Assembly: GCA_965243135.1 (NCBI GenBank)
Contig: OZ251539.1
Location: forward strand, 2,784,001 to 2,848,000
Length of the DNA: 64,000 nucleotides
Origin: Alphaproteobacteria bacterium
GTDB taxonomy: Bacteria > Pseudomonadota > Alphaproteobacteria > MPNO01 > UBA830
Direction of reading: 5' to 3'
Made by a program: the position numbers and the translations under genes. Below, piece after piece: positions 23,570 to 35,400 of the stretch. The notes under the pieces were generated by a model. It was not told where the DNA came from, made no database searches, and was given only the letters and a program-made list of their open reading frames with translations. How positions within the stretch are numbered: position 1 is the first letter of the stretch; each line of letters opens with the position of its first letter.

Positions 23570-24154
23570 ACGTCGTCGCGTTCGTCCCCATGCGCCGCGA
23601 GCGCGTGCCGGGCAAGAACTACAGGCCGTTCGCCGGCCGGCCGCTGTTCCACGTCCATGCGCTGCTGCGCGGAAGTGCACCGACAGCCCGACCGTCGCGG
23701 AGCAGTGTGCGGAGCGTTTTCCGTCGATACGGGTACCGTCCCGAGCGGCTGCTCGGCGGCGAAGTCGAAATGACCGAGATTCTGCGCCACGACGCCGGGA
23801 TCGTGGATTGCGACTGGTACCTTCAAACTCAGCCCATTGCTGCGTTCGGAAACCATTTCGAGGAGCTTGCGCGTTCTGGAGGAGAACCGCCACGATTCGT
23901 TGATGTCCGTAACCCGCCTGCAGACCCGGCTCTACGACGCAGCCGGACGCCCGGTCAACCCAAAGGTGTTGCTCCGCACCCAGGATCTGCCGCCGCCGTT
24001 CGAGGAGAACTCCGAAATCTACGTCTTCACGCGCGAGCAGGACGGCCGCCGGTTCGGAGACCGGCCGCTGCTCTTCGAGACCGGTCGAGGCGACCGGGCC
24101 GATTTCGCGCTCGCCGAAGCGCTCCACCATTCGCGGCGAAAGGACAAGCCGTGA
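23566..24154 (+). pseudogene. Acylneuraminate cytidylyltransferase-like, degraded
   Basis: VAFVPMR.ERVPGKNYRPFAGRPLF ... RTQDLPPPFEENSEIYVF. Confidence 0.75.
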
Positions 24155-25005
24155 GGGTCGCCGTCACTTGCCTGCAACTCGTTCGGGACATCGACGACGC
24201 GCGAACGGCCATGGAGGAGGCCGGCTTCGAGCTTCGGATTCCCGAGGGCCAGCACCTCGAAGGAGACGCACTGGTCGCGGCTCTCGAAGGGTGCGTCGGC
24301 GTCGTGCGACGATCGTTTCACTGCGGACGTCCTGGCCGCGACTGCCCGACCTGCGCGCGATCTCCAAGTGGGGCGTCGGCGTCGACGGGCGCGAGGCGGC
24401 CGCGGCGCGGGGGGTCACGGTTACGCCGGGCATGTTCGACGACGAGGTCGCGGACGTGGCCATGGCCTGCGCGCTTCTGCGCCAGCTGCACGCGGTAAAC
24501 GACGGCGTGAAGCGCGGGCAATGGCCGAAGCCTGCGGGACGGTCGGCGAAAGGCTTGGGGGATTGTCGGGCTGGGCAGCACGGGCGTTGGCGCACCGCGC
24601 CGCCGCCGCGGGCATGAACGTCGCGGGATCCGGCGCCCGAGAGCCGCGCCGCCGCCGAATCCATTGGCGTAGCGCCGGTCTCTCTCGACGAGCTGCTGTC
24701 GACGAGCGACGCGTTTCATTGCCCGCTTGTCCCCGAGACGCATCATCTTGCCGACGGTATCGCCGCCATGAAGCCGGGGGCGTTCGTGGACAGGCCGGGG
24801 CGCGCTGACCGGGGCGTTGGTTTCGGCGCTGAATTCGAGGCATGTGGCCGGCGCCGCGCTCGACGTGGAGGAACCGCCAGGTCCGTCGAACCCAATTCGC
24901 GACGCCGACAACGTGGGGATCCCACAACGCCTCCAATACGCTGGAGGCCTCGGCGCGCACGCGCGGCGATCGCAAATCTCGCCCGGGCCGCGAGGTTCGC
25001 TTCGC
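24151..25005 (+). pseudogene. D-2-hydroxyacid/phosphoglycerate dehydrogenase-like, degraded
   Basis: LRAISKWGVGVD, PGMFDDEVAD, MKPGAF, AGAALDVEEP. Confidence 0.7.
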
Positions 25006-25691
25006 GTGAGACGGGTCGTCGTCACCGGAGCGTGCGGCGGGGGGCCGCGGCAGCCGCATTCACGCACCGAGGCTGGCGGGTAGTCGACAACCGCGAGCGG
25101 GACCCGGATCTGGCCGTGGACCGCTTCGAACGGGCGGATCTCGGTACCGACGGCGAAGTCGCGAACCTGTTCGCGCGCCTCTCCGGCGAAGGCCCCATGG
25201 AGGCTCTCGTGAACAACGCCGCCGTCGGGCTCGACAAGCCTTTGCGCGACACGACCGACGACGACTGGAAACGGGACATCAACCTCCGCAGCGCCTTTCA
25301 GTGCGGAGGCGCGGCGATTTCTGGCCCTGGCGAAGGGGCGCGGTCGTCAACGTCGGGTCCGTGCACTCCACGTCGGCGAACGCCGCCGTCTACGCCGTGA
25401 CCAAAGGCGCGCTTTGCACTCTCACGCGGGCGGCGGCCCTCGAACTGGCTGCTGACGGCGTAAGGTGCAACGTCGTTCTTCCCGGCGCCGACGGCTGCGA
25501 GAGGGGCTTTCGAGACGCCCGCATCCTCAGGGGCCGGAGGGGAATTTCCGGGAACTGGTCGACCGGACGCCGCTCGGTTTCGTCGCTTCGCCCGAGCGCT
25601 CCCACCCTTCCTGGCGGACGGCGAACTGACGCCCTACATGACCGGGCAAGCGGTCGACGGCGGGGCGACGCTCCGGCTCGCCACCGAGTGA
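25006..25691 (+). pseudogene. SDR oxidoreductase, degraded
   Basis: VVTGACGG, LVNNAA, VNVGS, YAVTK, VDGG. Confidence 0.75.
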
Positions 25692-25776
25692 CGACGCGGA
25701 CTGGCAGGCGGTCCGTCCGCCTTGCGCTCTCGTTCGACATCGACGCAACGGAGGGCCTCAACGTCTCCCGGACGGC

Positions 25777-25935
25777 TCAAGCTTGTCGCGGCCTGACGTC
25801 ACGCCATCGTCGTTGGCACCCGTCCACCTCGAGAAGCCTTCTCAACATCCCCACGACATCGGTATGGACCGGCGAGTTCGTGGCCGTTTCTTCGGGGTCT
25901 TGCGAGAGGTTGAACAGTTGTAGCGGCAGAGGCTT
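25777..25935 (-). pseudogene. Sulfatase C-terminal remnant
   Basis: LQLFNLSQDPEET...DVVGMLRRLL. Confidence 0.4.
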
Positions 25936-26189
25936 GGGCCCGGAGCACGTGAAGCCGCCGTGCCGTGCGGCCCCGGACATGGCGGGAAGGCTGGCCGAGA
26001 GCGGAGGCGTCGCCCATGGCCCCGAAGACCGGGAGCGGCGCGTGGAGCGCGGCGTCTGGGCCGGCTTCGTCTTCTTGAAGACGCGCTCCAGAAGGGCGCG
26101 AATGACCGCCATGTCCAGGCGTACGGTGTCGCGGCGTCGGCGGACGGTTTCCACGACCGCGTCGGCCGCTTCTTCGGGCTCGGCGGTCA

Positions 26190-26400
26190 GCGCTGTCGGA
26201 AGGTCCGTTAGTCGGACGAAACCCGGCTTTACGACGTGAACGCCCGGTCAACCGGTTGCACAAGCCCGACAGGAAGGCGGTAAACCCCGCCTTCGCCAAG
26301 CCGTAGTCCCGCCCGCCCGCCACTGAGCCGACCAAGACGCCGCTGCCATGGCGGCGGGCCGCAGGGCGCGGCAAGCTTGACTCGCGGAACGAAAGCGCCC
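26190..26400 (-). pseudogene. DprE2-like SDR remnant
   Basis: GSVAGGRDYGLAKAGFTAFLSGLCNRL...KPGF. Confidence 0.5.
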
Positions 26401-26409
26401 TCCTGGACG

Positions 26410-26782
26410 CTGAACGCAACTACCGACCGGGGGACATGCCGCAGGAATTCCTGTTGCCGCCATGACGCAACTCCCTGCCGCTGGCACCCGAACGTGGCCT
26501 GCGGATGCCGCGGTCGGACACGTCGACGAGTCGACCGGACGACGAGACCACCGGTTATCGAAACAGGCTCTTCAGAGCGGTGGCGCTTTGCTTGCGACCG
26601 ATGATCTTGTACCGGGAGAGATGCGGAGGGTGCACGAACTTCCCGCGCCATGCCTTCACGTTTCCCCAACATACGGGAATCTTGTCGACAGAACGAACAT
26701 CGAGGATCCCGGAAATGGTGTCCCTCGCCTTGTTCCCCATCGTGATGACCAATTCCGGCCGGGCGCGATCAAGGATATCCGT
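26410..26782. repeat. Duplicate of ~38925-39310, including the 3' third of the UDG-like gene
   Basis: Near-identical sequence; same peptide VITMGNKARDTI...KSLFR. Confidence 0.85.
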
Positions 26783-27137
26783 TGCTCCGCTCGTTCAGAA
26801 GTTCGCTCCGCAGGTCGTTGAAGCGCCGTTCCATTTCGACGCCGCTTGCCCCGTTTGGTTGGTGTCGCTTGACGTCGCCATCGATTATTTTTGCGTCGAT
26901 GTGCCGACGGGCGGTTCGGTTCCGGGAGCGACGGCCGGGACGACCGGTTCGGGCGTAGTCGGCGGCGGCGGTTCGGCGGCGAGGAGCGGGGAACCCACGG
27001 CCATGACTATCGAGAAGGCCAGACCGGCGGCGACGGCCGCGTGCAGGCGTCAGGGAGGGGATTTCGTCATGCGTTTCCTCACGGCCATGTCCGTCGATTA
27101 CGAATCCCAAGCTTGGAGATCGCCATCCTCGTCGCCC

Positions 27138-28253
27138 TCAAATAGTATCCACGATGTACGGGTCGCGCAAGCGCCATTGATTGCCGAATCGTTCGAGATC
27201 GCCCGTCATGACGATCATGGCATCGTTTTTGTGAGCCTGGATGGCGCGGTCGTAGCCGTGTCGGTCCAAATCGACCGCGACCGACACGACGCGCCGGTCG
27301 ACATAGGTTCGCAGGGTTATCGTTCCGCCCGCTTCCCGGTCGTCGCGTTTCAGGCGTTGGATACAGCCGATCAGGGACACGGCCGGCCTTGGCTCCCATG
27401 CCCGGAAATGCCGCGCCGCCTCGCGCAGGATGGGGGCGTCGGACGCCCCGAAACGGACGGTTTGCCTCGCCGTTTCCGCCGGCCAGGTGCGCGCCCACGT
27501 CAAACCGATGTCGATCCCGCGGAACGGCTCGATCAACGTGGCGAGGGCATCGCACAAATTGGCGCTCGCTCCGCGCTCCACGGTTTCCGAGAAAGCCTCG
27601 GCGTCGCCGGCGGACGTCCTTTCGGTCGCTTCGCGGGTGGCCGTCAACGCTTCGATCAGGCGTTGCGTCATCCGCCGCTCGATGGGCGCATCGTCGTCCA
27701 CCGCGGAGTCGAACAACGCCGCCTGTCCCATCGGGGGCGGAACGACGGGGGTCAGCAGCGTGACGACGTAGCTGCCCTGTTCGGTCTGTCCGAGATGGAC
27801 CTGTCGCACGTAATCACCGGCGTCCCGGTTCGCCCCCGCGCGATAGACCCGTCTCGGTTCCCGCAAGGAGCAGGCCGCGGCCAGCACCATGTCGCGCGCG
27901 CCGGTTATCAGGCTCACTCCGTCGTTCAGGGTAACGGAGCCGTTGGCACCCTCCGGGGCGGCCCGCACCCGGACGACGTCGCGGTCGGCGGTGACCAAAT
28001 CGCGATAGAGGGAAAGCGCGTCGGTTTCGGCGGCTTCGGTGAAAATCTCGATCAACCGCGACACGACGTTGGCGTAATCGCCGAGGCGGTCAGTTCTGGG
28101 AATGACGATCTCCGGCGCTTCCTCGCGAACGTAGACGTCCGAATGGTCGCCATAGGGTTCCTCTCGGGTCCAGCCGGCGGCGCGCGCGTAGGCCGACAGC
28201 GCCGAGGGCGAAACCCGGTTCAGGGCGTCTTCGTCCTGGATGCTGACTTTCAT
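27138..28253 (-). CDS. Conserved hypothetical protein, partner of the DUF4365 gene
   Basis: Intact ~371 aa; SAYARAAGW...IVIP...DY and GQTEQGSYVVTL; coupled to the DUF4365 gene. Confidence 0.75.
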   Translation of the reverse strand: MKVSIQDEDALNRVSPSALSAYARAAGWTREEPYGDHSDVYVREEAPEIVIPRTDRLGDYANVVSRLIEIFTEAAETDALSLYRDLVTADRDVVRVRAAPEGANGSVTLNDGVSLITGARDMVLAAACSLREPRRVYRAGANRDAGDYVRQVHLGQTEQGSYVVTLLTPVVPPPMGQAALFDSAVDDDAPIERRMTQRLIEALTATREATERTSAGDAEAFSETVERGASANLCDALATLIEPFRGIDIGLTWARTWPAETARQTVRFGASDAPILREAARHFRAWEPRPAVSLIGCIQRLKRDDREAGGTITLRTYVDRRVVSVAVDLDRHGYDRAIQAHKNDAMIVMTGDLERFGNQWRLRDPYIVDTI

Positions 28254-28727
28254 CCTCCCTTCCCTCGATTGTTCCATCAAGCAGCGCAGACCCTCGACAC
28301 AGATTTTCTTCCGGTATCCGGACGGTGACGGATACCTCGTTCGCAGTCTCTTTATGCCCCTGAAGACTCAACCAGTACGCCCTGTGCCTCAACACCAGTT
28401 CATCCTCGGTGACGGTCATCCACCGGTCTTCTTCGTTGGGCAAATCCAGAACCACCAGCAGCCTCGGCGTCTGGGTTACGAAGCAGGTCGTAGTTGCGGC
28501 GTTTTAACGGATATCGAACATGGCCGCTCCGTCTCTCCAGGTTGACGGTCGCCTTCAACTGCACGTCCAGGGCGGGTCTCATCGCGCCGCCGGCTTGGAT
28601 TTGCAGGTCCACGCCGTCCCGGCGAGCGCGTGGACGTCGTGTATCCGGCTCTCGCCGCGATGGCGCGAACGTAGACGCAGGACAGAGCTTCCTCCCGGTC
28701 CGCGGTCGTCAGCAGCGCGTCGGTCAT
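28250..28727 (-). pseudogene. DUF4365 PD-(D/E)xK nuclease-like, frameshifted
   Basis: EEALSCVYVRAIAARAG, GVDLQI...DVQLKAT, LVVLDLP...AYWLSL...TVRIP. Confidence 0.75.
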
Positions 28728-29330
28728 GCGGCGCTCTCCAGTCGTTCGGCTGTTTCGCCGAGCCGGAGTTCTCCCGAAACGAGCTTGGGGAGAAGCGCGT
28801 CTCGCAGAGCGGAGAGGGTATGGGCTTCGGCAACCGCTTGACTGGCTCGCGCGATGAGCGGTCGAAGCAGCCGTCCGAATACCGCGCCGACCGTATCCGG
28901 TGGCGACACGAACTGCGCGAGCGCTTTCTCTGGCACTCTCTGACAACCACTTGTACCTGTCATGTTCCATGTCGCGAACTCTCGAAAACGGCCGCTGCGC
29001 ACGAGGCAATATGCGAACTCGCATGGCAGTGGGGGGTTCGAGCGCGGGACGTCGGTCGAACCCCAGCCAATCTGTCCTTGCTCAAGGAAATCGACGCAGG
29101 CGGTCTTGCCGTTTTCCAGGCACGGCGTGATTCGCGCGACAAGCGTATCGCTGTTGGCGAAGCGCATTCCCGAACCGAACGGCCGATCGATCACCCTGTC
29201 CGGCGCATGGCCCTTCGTCGGCATGTTGGCCATATCGAGAGCGGCAGCGCCTTTATGCAGGGACCGCAGTGGATTGACCTCTATCAAGTCAGGCAATAGG
29301 ACAACTTCCCACCCTCCGGTATCTCGCCCA
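28724..29330 (-). pseudogene. hsdS: Orphan HsdS C-terminal half
   Basis: ARITPCLENGK, GTSGCQRV, LRDALLPKLVSGELR; 5' part lost. Confidence 0.75.
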
Positions 29331-29446
29331 ACTCGGAGTCGACGAGCCTGTTGGGGAAAAGGTCCGCGATGCGGTCTGGCAAGCCAGCGTGGCGGCCTTC
29401 CGCCTTGGCGCGGACAGGGTCGAAATCGACGAACCAAGACTAGATA

Positions 29447-32052
29447 CCCCTACTCAGTCCGAAGTGCAACACAGACGGTCGGCAGGGCGATTCCACGCTA
29501 GCCCTGCCTGTGCCCCATAAGCTTCTGCTGAACTCTGCTAACAGTATTTATCCCCCACTATCAACTCCGATGGGATGGACGCCCTCCCCGGCGGCATCGC
29601 GTTGTACCATAGTGCTGTCGAACCACAACATATGGAGAGAAGACATCCATGGAACAGGTTAGCACTGCCCTGCAATCATAAGCTCTGGACAGAGACATTC
29701 GCGTATTCACCAGATGCCACGCAGAATCTTGTCAAGCAACGCCTGAGCACGCCTGAGGCATTGCAGCGGGTCGGTATTGTCTGCCGAACCGCAACTTTCG
29801 CGAGCCGAACTCAGCCGCAAGGTATGCCGCGAGTTCGGTTTTTGCCTTCGGACGTCCACAGCAGTTGCAACGCGGCTCTCGGCGTTCTCGCGACGGATGG
29901 TGCTCTGCCGACATCGAGAGGAGGCGGAGGCCGCCGGGTGCGCCGCAACCCGGAACCGGTGCCGCTCGCGACGGACGTTCCCGAGCGGCTCGTCGAGGGG
30001 TTGCAGTTGGTTCCGGTGCGGAACCCTGCACAGAGCGCGGTCTGGATGATGATCACGGAACATCCGCTCGGCAAGTCGGTGCTGGTCAGTTGTCAGTGCC
30101 GTTATCTCGTGGGTTCGGCCCATGGCTGGCTCGGCGCGGTGGATTTTGCCGCCTCTGCGCGGCGCCTGGCGGCGCGCGACAACCGGCTGGGACGACAAGA
30201 CGCGGGAGCGGCGCCTTCACCGCATCGTCGGGCTGAACCGCTTTCTGGCCCGGCGTCGAGTGCCGCAGTCACAGGTGTTGAGCATGTCGCTAAAGACGAT
30301 GGCGCAGGACTTCGAGGAACGTTACGGCCATCGCCCCTGGTTGGTGGAGACCTTTGTCGACCCGGCACTCGGGCATCTCGCTCCGTGCGGCGAACTGGAT
30401 TCATGTAGGCACAACTCGCGGACGCGGCCGGCAGGACCGGAAAGGGCTGGCAGCCGAGTCCGTGAAAGAGATGTACGAGCCCGGGTTGCCGGGCGGCGCT
30501 AAGCGCCCGGCTGGCCCTTCCGGTGCCGGTCGGCGAGGGGTTGTCGCGCGAGTGTTGGGCCGAGAACGAGTTCGGAGGTGCGCCGTTGGGAGACAAGCGT
30601 CTGGCGAAGCGCCTGGTCGACAGCGCCCATGTCCAGGCGGAGGAGCCGCGCGCTCCCTTCTCGGTGGCGGCGGGCGGGAACATGGCGGCAGTGACGGGGT
30701 TTTACCGTTTGTCGGCCGCGCGACGAGCCGGGGGCGGTCACGCCGGAAAACATCCTGACGCCGCACAAGGAACGCACGCTCGGGGCGGACACGGGGTTCT
30801 GTGCCTTCAGGACGGCACCGACCTGAACTTCGCGACGCGTGCGCAGTGCGACGACCTGGGCATAGCACAACCAGACCAGCGCCAAGACCGCCGGGCTTCC
30901 ACACGACGATGGCGGTGGACGACGCCGGCTTGCCGCTGGGTCTGCTGAAGCTCGAGTTCGACGCGCCTCGTCCGGGCAAGGACAAGCTGCCGGAAGAACG
31001 CAAGTCGGCGCGGTGGATGACTGCGGCGCCGAGGCGGCTCGACGGCACGCAACTGGTCAGCGTGCCGGGAAGCGGACTTCTTCGAAATGTTCGCCGAGCA
31101 GCGGCGCCTCGGCAATCATTCTGGTGCGCGCCAGGCACAGCCGGAAGTTGTCGAAAACGGAGAAGCTGTTCGACGGCGTCCGCGCCGCGACGGTTCAGGG
31201 GCATCGGAAACTTACGGTCTCGCGCCTGAGCCAACGGCCCAAGGTCAGCAAACGCAAGGCGACGGACGGGCGCAAGGAACGCGTCGCCGACATGGAGATT
31301 CGTTCCGTCCTGCTGCCGCCAACGTCGGGCGGAACCGCGCCGCTTCCCGTTCAGGTCGTTCAGCGAGCCGAAGCCGCGGCGCCAAACCGGTGGTTCCTGC
31401 TTACCACGGTCGCCGTTTCGTCCGTCGAAGACGCCATGCGGGTCGTGGGTTGGTACGCCCTGAGGTGGCTGGCATCGCACGCTGAAGTCCGGGTGCAAGG
31501 TCAAAGAAACGGGCCACCGCACCGCAGCGCGTCTCGAGCGCGTGATCAACGCAGTCTGGCGCGTCATGGCGCTGCTGGCGCGCGAGATGCCGGACGTCCC
31601 CGCCGGGCTCATGTTCTCGGACATGGAACTGCTCGTCAGACTACGCGACGAAACTGCCGAGAACGCCGAAGCCGAGGACGCTTAAAGAAGCGGTGCTGAT
31701 CGTCGCCGCCGGCTACCGCAACCGCAAGCACGACCCGCCGCCCGGCCAAAATCTGGCAGGGTTATCTCTCCGGCTATTGTCAGGCATACGAGGATCTGGC
31801 GGAAATCAAGAAATCGGGACGGTCGCACCCCCTGCTCAGTTCAGAAGGGGATTTGTGATGACAGGGCAGGCCTCGCCCGACCGGATGAGTGGCCGGGATA
31901 CCCTTGTTTGCGAGAACCACCGAGTTCAAGCGTTTAGCCGGGCAAAGATCCGCCGTGCTCCCGCCGCCCCGGTACCTTGACTCACGCTGGCCCGCCCCGA
32001 TACTGTTCTCGTGCTGCCGACCGTCCGTGTTGCACTTCGGAGTGGATAGGGG
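29447..32052. mobile_element. IS30-type inverted-repeat shell with a nested IS4/DUF4338 element
   Basis: TCCGAAGTGCAACACagacggtcggcag (29458-29485) is inverted at 32014-32041. Confidence 0.6.
29502..31870 (+). mobile_element. IS4-family (Tn5-like) element; transposase with N-terminal DUF4338; degraded
   Basis: LVETFVD, AANWIHVGTTRGRGR, WAENEFGGAPLGDKRL, LQDGTDL, GYRNRKHDPPPG; imperfect IRs CCTGCC.TGT. Confidence 0.75.
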
Positions 32053-32084
32053 GGCAATGAGTTAATTGATGAGGGAGAAATACG

Positions 32085-32450
32085 TTGCTGGTCGATTCGA
32101 ACAGGCCAATCGAAAAAATTCCTTTTCGCGATACATTCGATCTCACTAAAATGAGATTGAGCGAGGACGAATTCAACGAAATAGTGGACGGTATCAACGA
32201 ACGGATCGACGAGGCTGGCAGTGAAGTCGCTACCGCAGGTTGGCTGCCGGGTGCCGATTGGTCGAACACGCCCTTCTGGAGCCTCTACAAGAGAGCCGCC
32301 ATGAGGAACAGGGATTTCGCGGCGAGAATGTTTGGCATCATGGTCTGGTTTACAATCATGAAACGTCCCGAGCGCTGGGGGTCGGGCCGGTACAAGGTGG
32401 ACGACCGCGACATCGGCAGCCGCACATACTTCATTCTTGGTTCTTGCTGA
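32085..32450 (+). CDS. Small hypothetical protein upstream of the helicase
   Basis: GAGGGAG RBS and TTG start; 121 aa; AGWLPGADWSNTPF...AARMFG..VW...W...SRTYF. Confidence 0.65.
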   Translation: MLVDSNRPIEKIPFRDTFDLTKMRLSEDEFNEIVDGINERIDEAGSEVATAGWLPGADWSNTPFWSLYKRAAMRNRDFAARMFGIMVWFTIMKRPERWGSGRYKVDDRDIGSRTYFILGSC

Positions 32451-32484
32451 AAAGGACCAATACGCCTCTTCCGTGAGAGTGCAG

Positions 32485-35400
32485 ATGACAAGATCGCACC
32501 GAAATTCGAGCTTCCTGGACCGCTTCAGGTTGGAAGAAAGAGTTCTCCGCCGATCGGACCGGAAGCTGGGCCGCCCCAGAATGACGGCCGGGACGGAACG
32601 CGAAACCGGCTCTGGCATCGTCCTCAAGGAATGGCTCCGGGATCCGAAGGTAGCGGACGACGATTTGCGCGAAATCTGGCGACATGAAATCCGGCAGCTG
32701 CATCGGCTCGCGGGTTACCCAGGCGCCCGCGAGCATATCGTACTGCTGCACGACTCCGCCGAAGACTCCAAAGCTTTCTATCAAGCTCTGAATTCCGGGC
32801 AACGCGCGCCGTTGCGAACGTTCCTCGACAGCCCACATAAAGAAGGTTGGCTCCATAACCCGCGCCGGGAATCGAGCCGACTCCATTTATGGAGAAATCT
32901 GCAGCGAGTAGCAAAGGGTTTGGATATCCTGCACATGCAGGGCCTTCTTCACCGTAATCTCGACGATTGGTCCGTGTTCACCGATGCAGGAGACGAACCC
33001 GACTTTCAGTTGAGCGGGTTCGAATGGTCGATCCGCCTGGCCGGAGGAAGCGACGCTCCCCGCATTGACCACGGCAGAGACGACGACACGGCGATCCATT
33101 CCTTCCTGGAGGACTGGAAGGCTTTCGGACAACTGGCGGCACTGTTGCTGAATATAGACTCCAGAGCGTTGCTCGCCCATCGACCGGGCTTGCGCAACCC
33201 TGCCGAGTTTCTTGATGCGTCGGAGCGCACTCTATTACTTCTTCTACTCCGTGCGGATCCTCTCAAGCATATAGATGGTGATCTGATCGACGACCGCATC
33301 TGCACTATCGTTTCCAACCTCGAAAGAAAGGTCACAGCTCATGGACTAAAATTGTACCTCACATGTTCATTGGGTTCAGGTCAGCGCCTATCGGAAAAGA
33401 TTCGTACCGTAAGTGAAGGCTCCATAGAAATGGGCGATACGGACCGGCAGTTGGCATTTATTCGCGAGGATCTTTCAAGCAGTCCCAACCTTATCATCGT
33501 GGCCGATAAAAACGCAGAAACAGGTCGACGCTATTTATTGGTCGGCCATGACTTGATCTATAAACTCCGGCAGTACAGACCGCGCGGAGGAAACCCGACT
33601 TGGGACGTGGCGTATTGTGACCGACACGAAGATGAACTACCGCTGCAGCCTGCGATAATCGGCGAGAAAACGTTGTCAAGCAATTCGCTAGAATTGCTGC
33701 CACTGCCCGAAGCGAAACGTCGCTTTGTCCGTCTTCAGGGAAAGGCGACGCGATGGGAACGACAGATAGAATCTCCCCCACAAAAGAGTCACCTCGATGA
33801 GCGTGCCGAACGGCGATATCGCGGGCTTGTCCTGGTTCAGCTTCTTGAATCGTTGCGGACCGCAGCCGAAATCTGGCCCATCTCCGTAATCAAACGCGCT
33901 AGAGAGGGTGAACGTACGTTGATCCACGTGAAGCCGCGTGCCGATTCCCAGATCGAAGGACTTTCCCAAGCGTTGGGCCTGGATTCCCCGGCTGCACGGT
34001 TCCGGGAGACTTTTGAATCCGAGCAGGCCGATGGGGAATACGAATGGAAACTGACCGAGGAAGGAGTGCTCGGCGAGTGGGATCGGGAGACCGCTCAATG
34101 GAGTTTCGTAGAGGTCGAAGAAAAAGAGGGCGCGGAGCCACTATATGTCTTCGAATCCGTTGGCGAGCCGCCGATCGACGACAGCCTTTTCCTGCGGAAC
34201 AGCGGCTTCGTCGGCCAAGACCTTTTGCTGAAACGACAGATCAAGGCATTGCGCGCGCTTCGGGAACACGTCGAATTGCTGGCGATGCTAACCGATCCAC
34301 GCATTGGCCTTCGCCCGACCCATGACGACCCTGCCGAAGACGAGGCCTTCGCCAATATGGACGAATCGAAACAGTGCGCGATCAAGGAGCTGTGGGGAGT
34401 ATTGCCAGCCTATTTCATTCAAGGCCCTCCCGGCGTCGGCAAGACGAGGCTCGTGCGTGAACTCGTAGCGAGACGGTTCGCGGAGGACAGCACGACGCGC
34501 ATCCTGTTGTCCGCGCAAAGCCATCAGGCAGTTGATCACCTGTCAAATGAAATCCACGACGTACTCACGCGCACGGACGGCGAGACACCTTTGAGCATCC
34601 GGTGCTTCGCAAAGAACCGTGATGGCAGGCCCGGTCCTTTCGATCTCCGTGAACAAGCGCGATCGATCATTGATCGCTTGATGAAGAGCAAATTGGCTGC
34701 AGACGCGCCGGACAACCTACTGGCCAAGCTTGAGGACCTGAGAAACACTTTCGGAAACGGGCAGGAAGAAGAGGGCGAGTTTGAGGCGGAACGGCCTGAC
34801 CGCGCCTTCGAAGCCATGCTACTGCGATCCGCAAACGTTGTTTTGGCTTCGACCAACGCCGGAGATCTGGAACGCTTGATCGAGGAGCACGCGTTGTTCG
34901 ACTGGACCATTGTCGAAGAGGCGGGAAAGGCAAGCGGCGTCGAGCTTCTGTCCCCGCTGCTGCTTTCTCACAGGCGCCTTATGATCGGCGACCACCTGCA
35001 GTTGCCGCCTTTCGAAGCGGATCAGCGAACCCGTCTCCTCAACGATCCTTCAAAGATCCGCGATGCGCTCACATTGGGTCGAAACCTTGTCGGAAGGCTG
35101 TTTCCCGCGGCCGAGATGGACGAATTGATCAGCAGTATCGAAGGGGAGAACGCACTTGCGGCGGCTTGCGGTGAAGCCGCCGATGCCCTCATGATGTTTG
35201 AAACGATGGTGAGGAAGGAATTGGACGGACGCATTTCTTCCGGGCCAAGGCTGCCAATCGCGACCCGCCTCTCCCGGCAACATCGAATGCATCCGGCGAT
35301 AGCTCGTTTGATTTCACAATCGTTTTACGACGGATCGTTGTCGACCGACCGAAGCTGCGAACGAAAATACCAAGAAGAATCCGCTCCTTTTTCAATTGCG

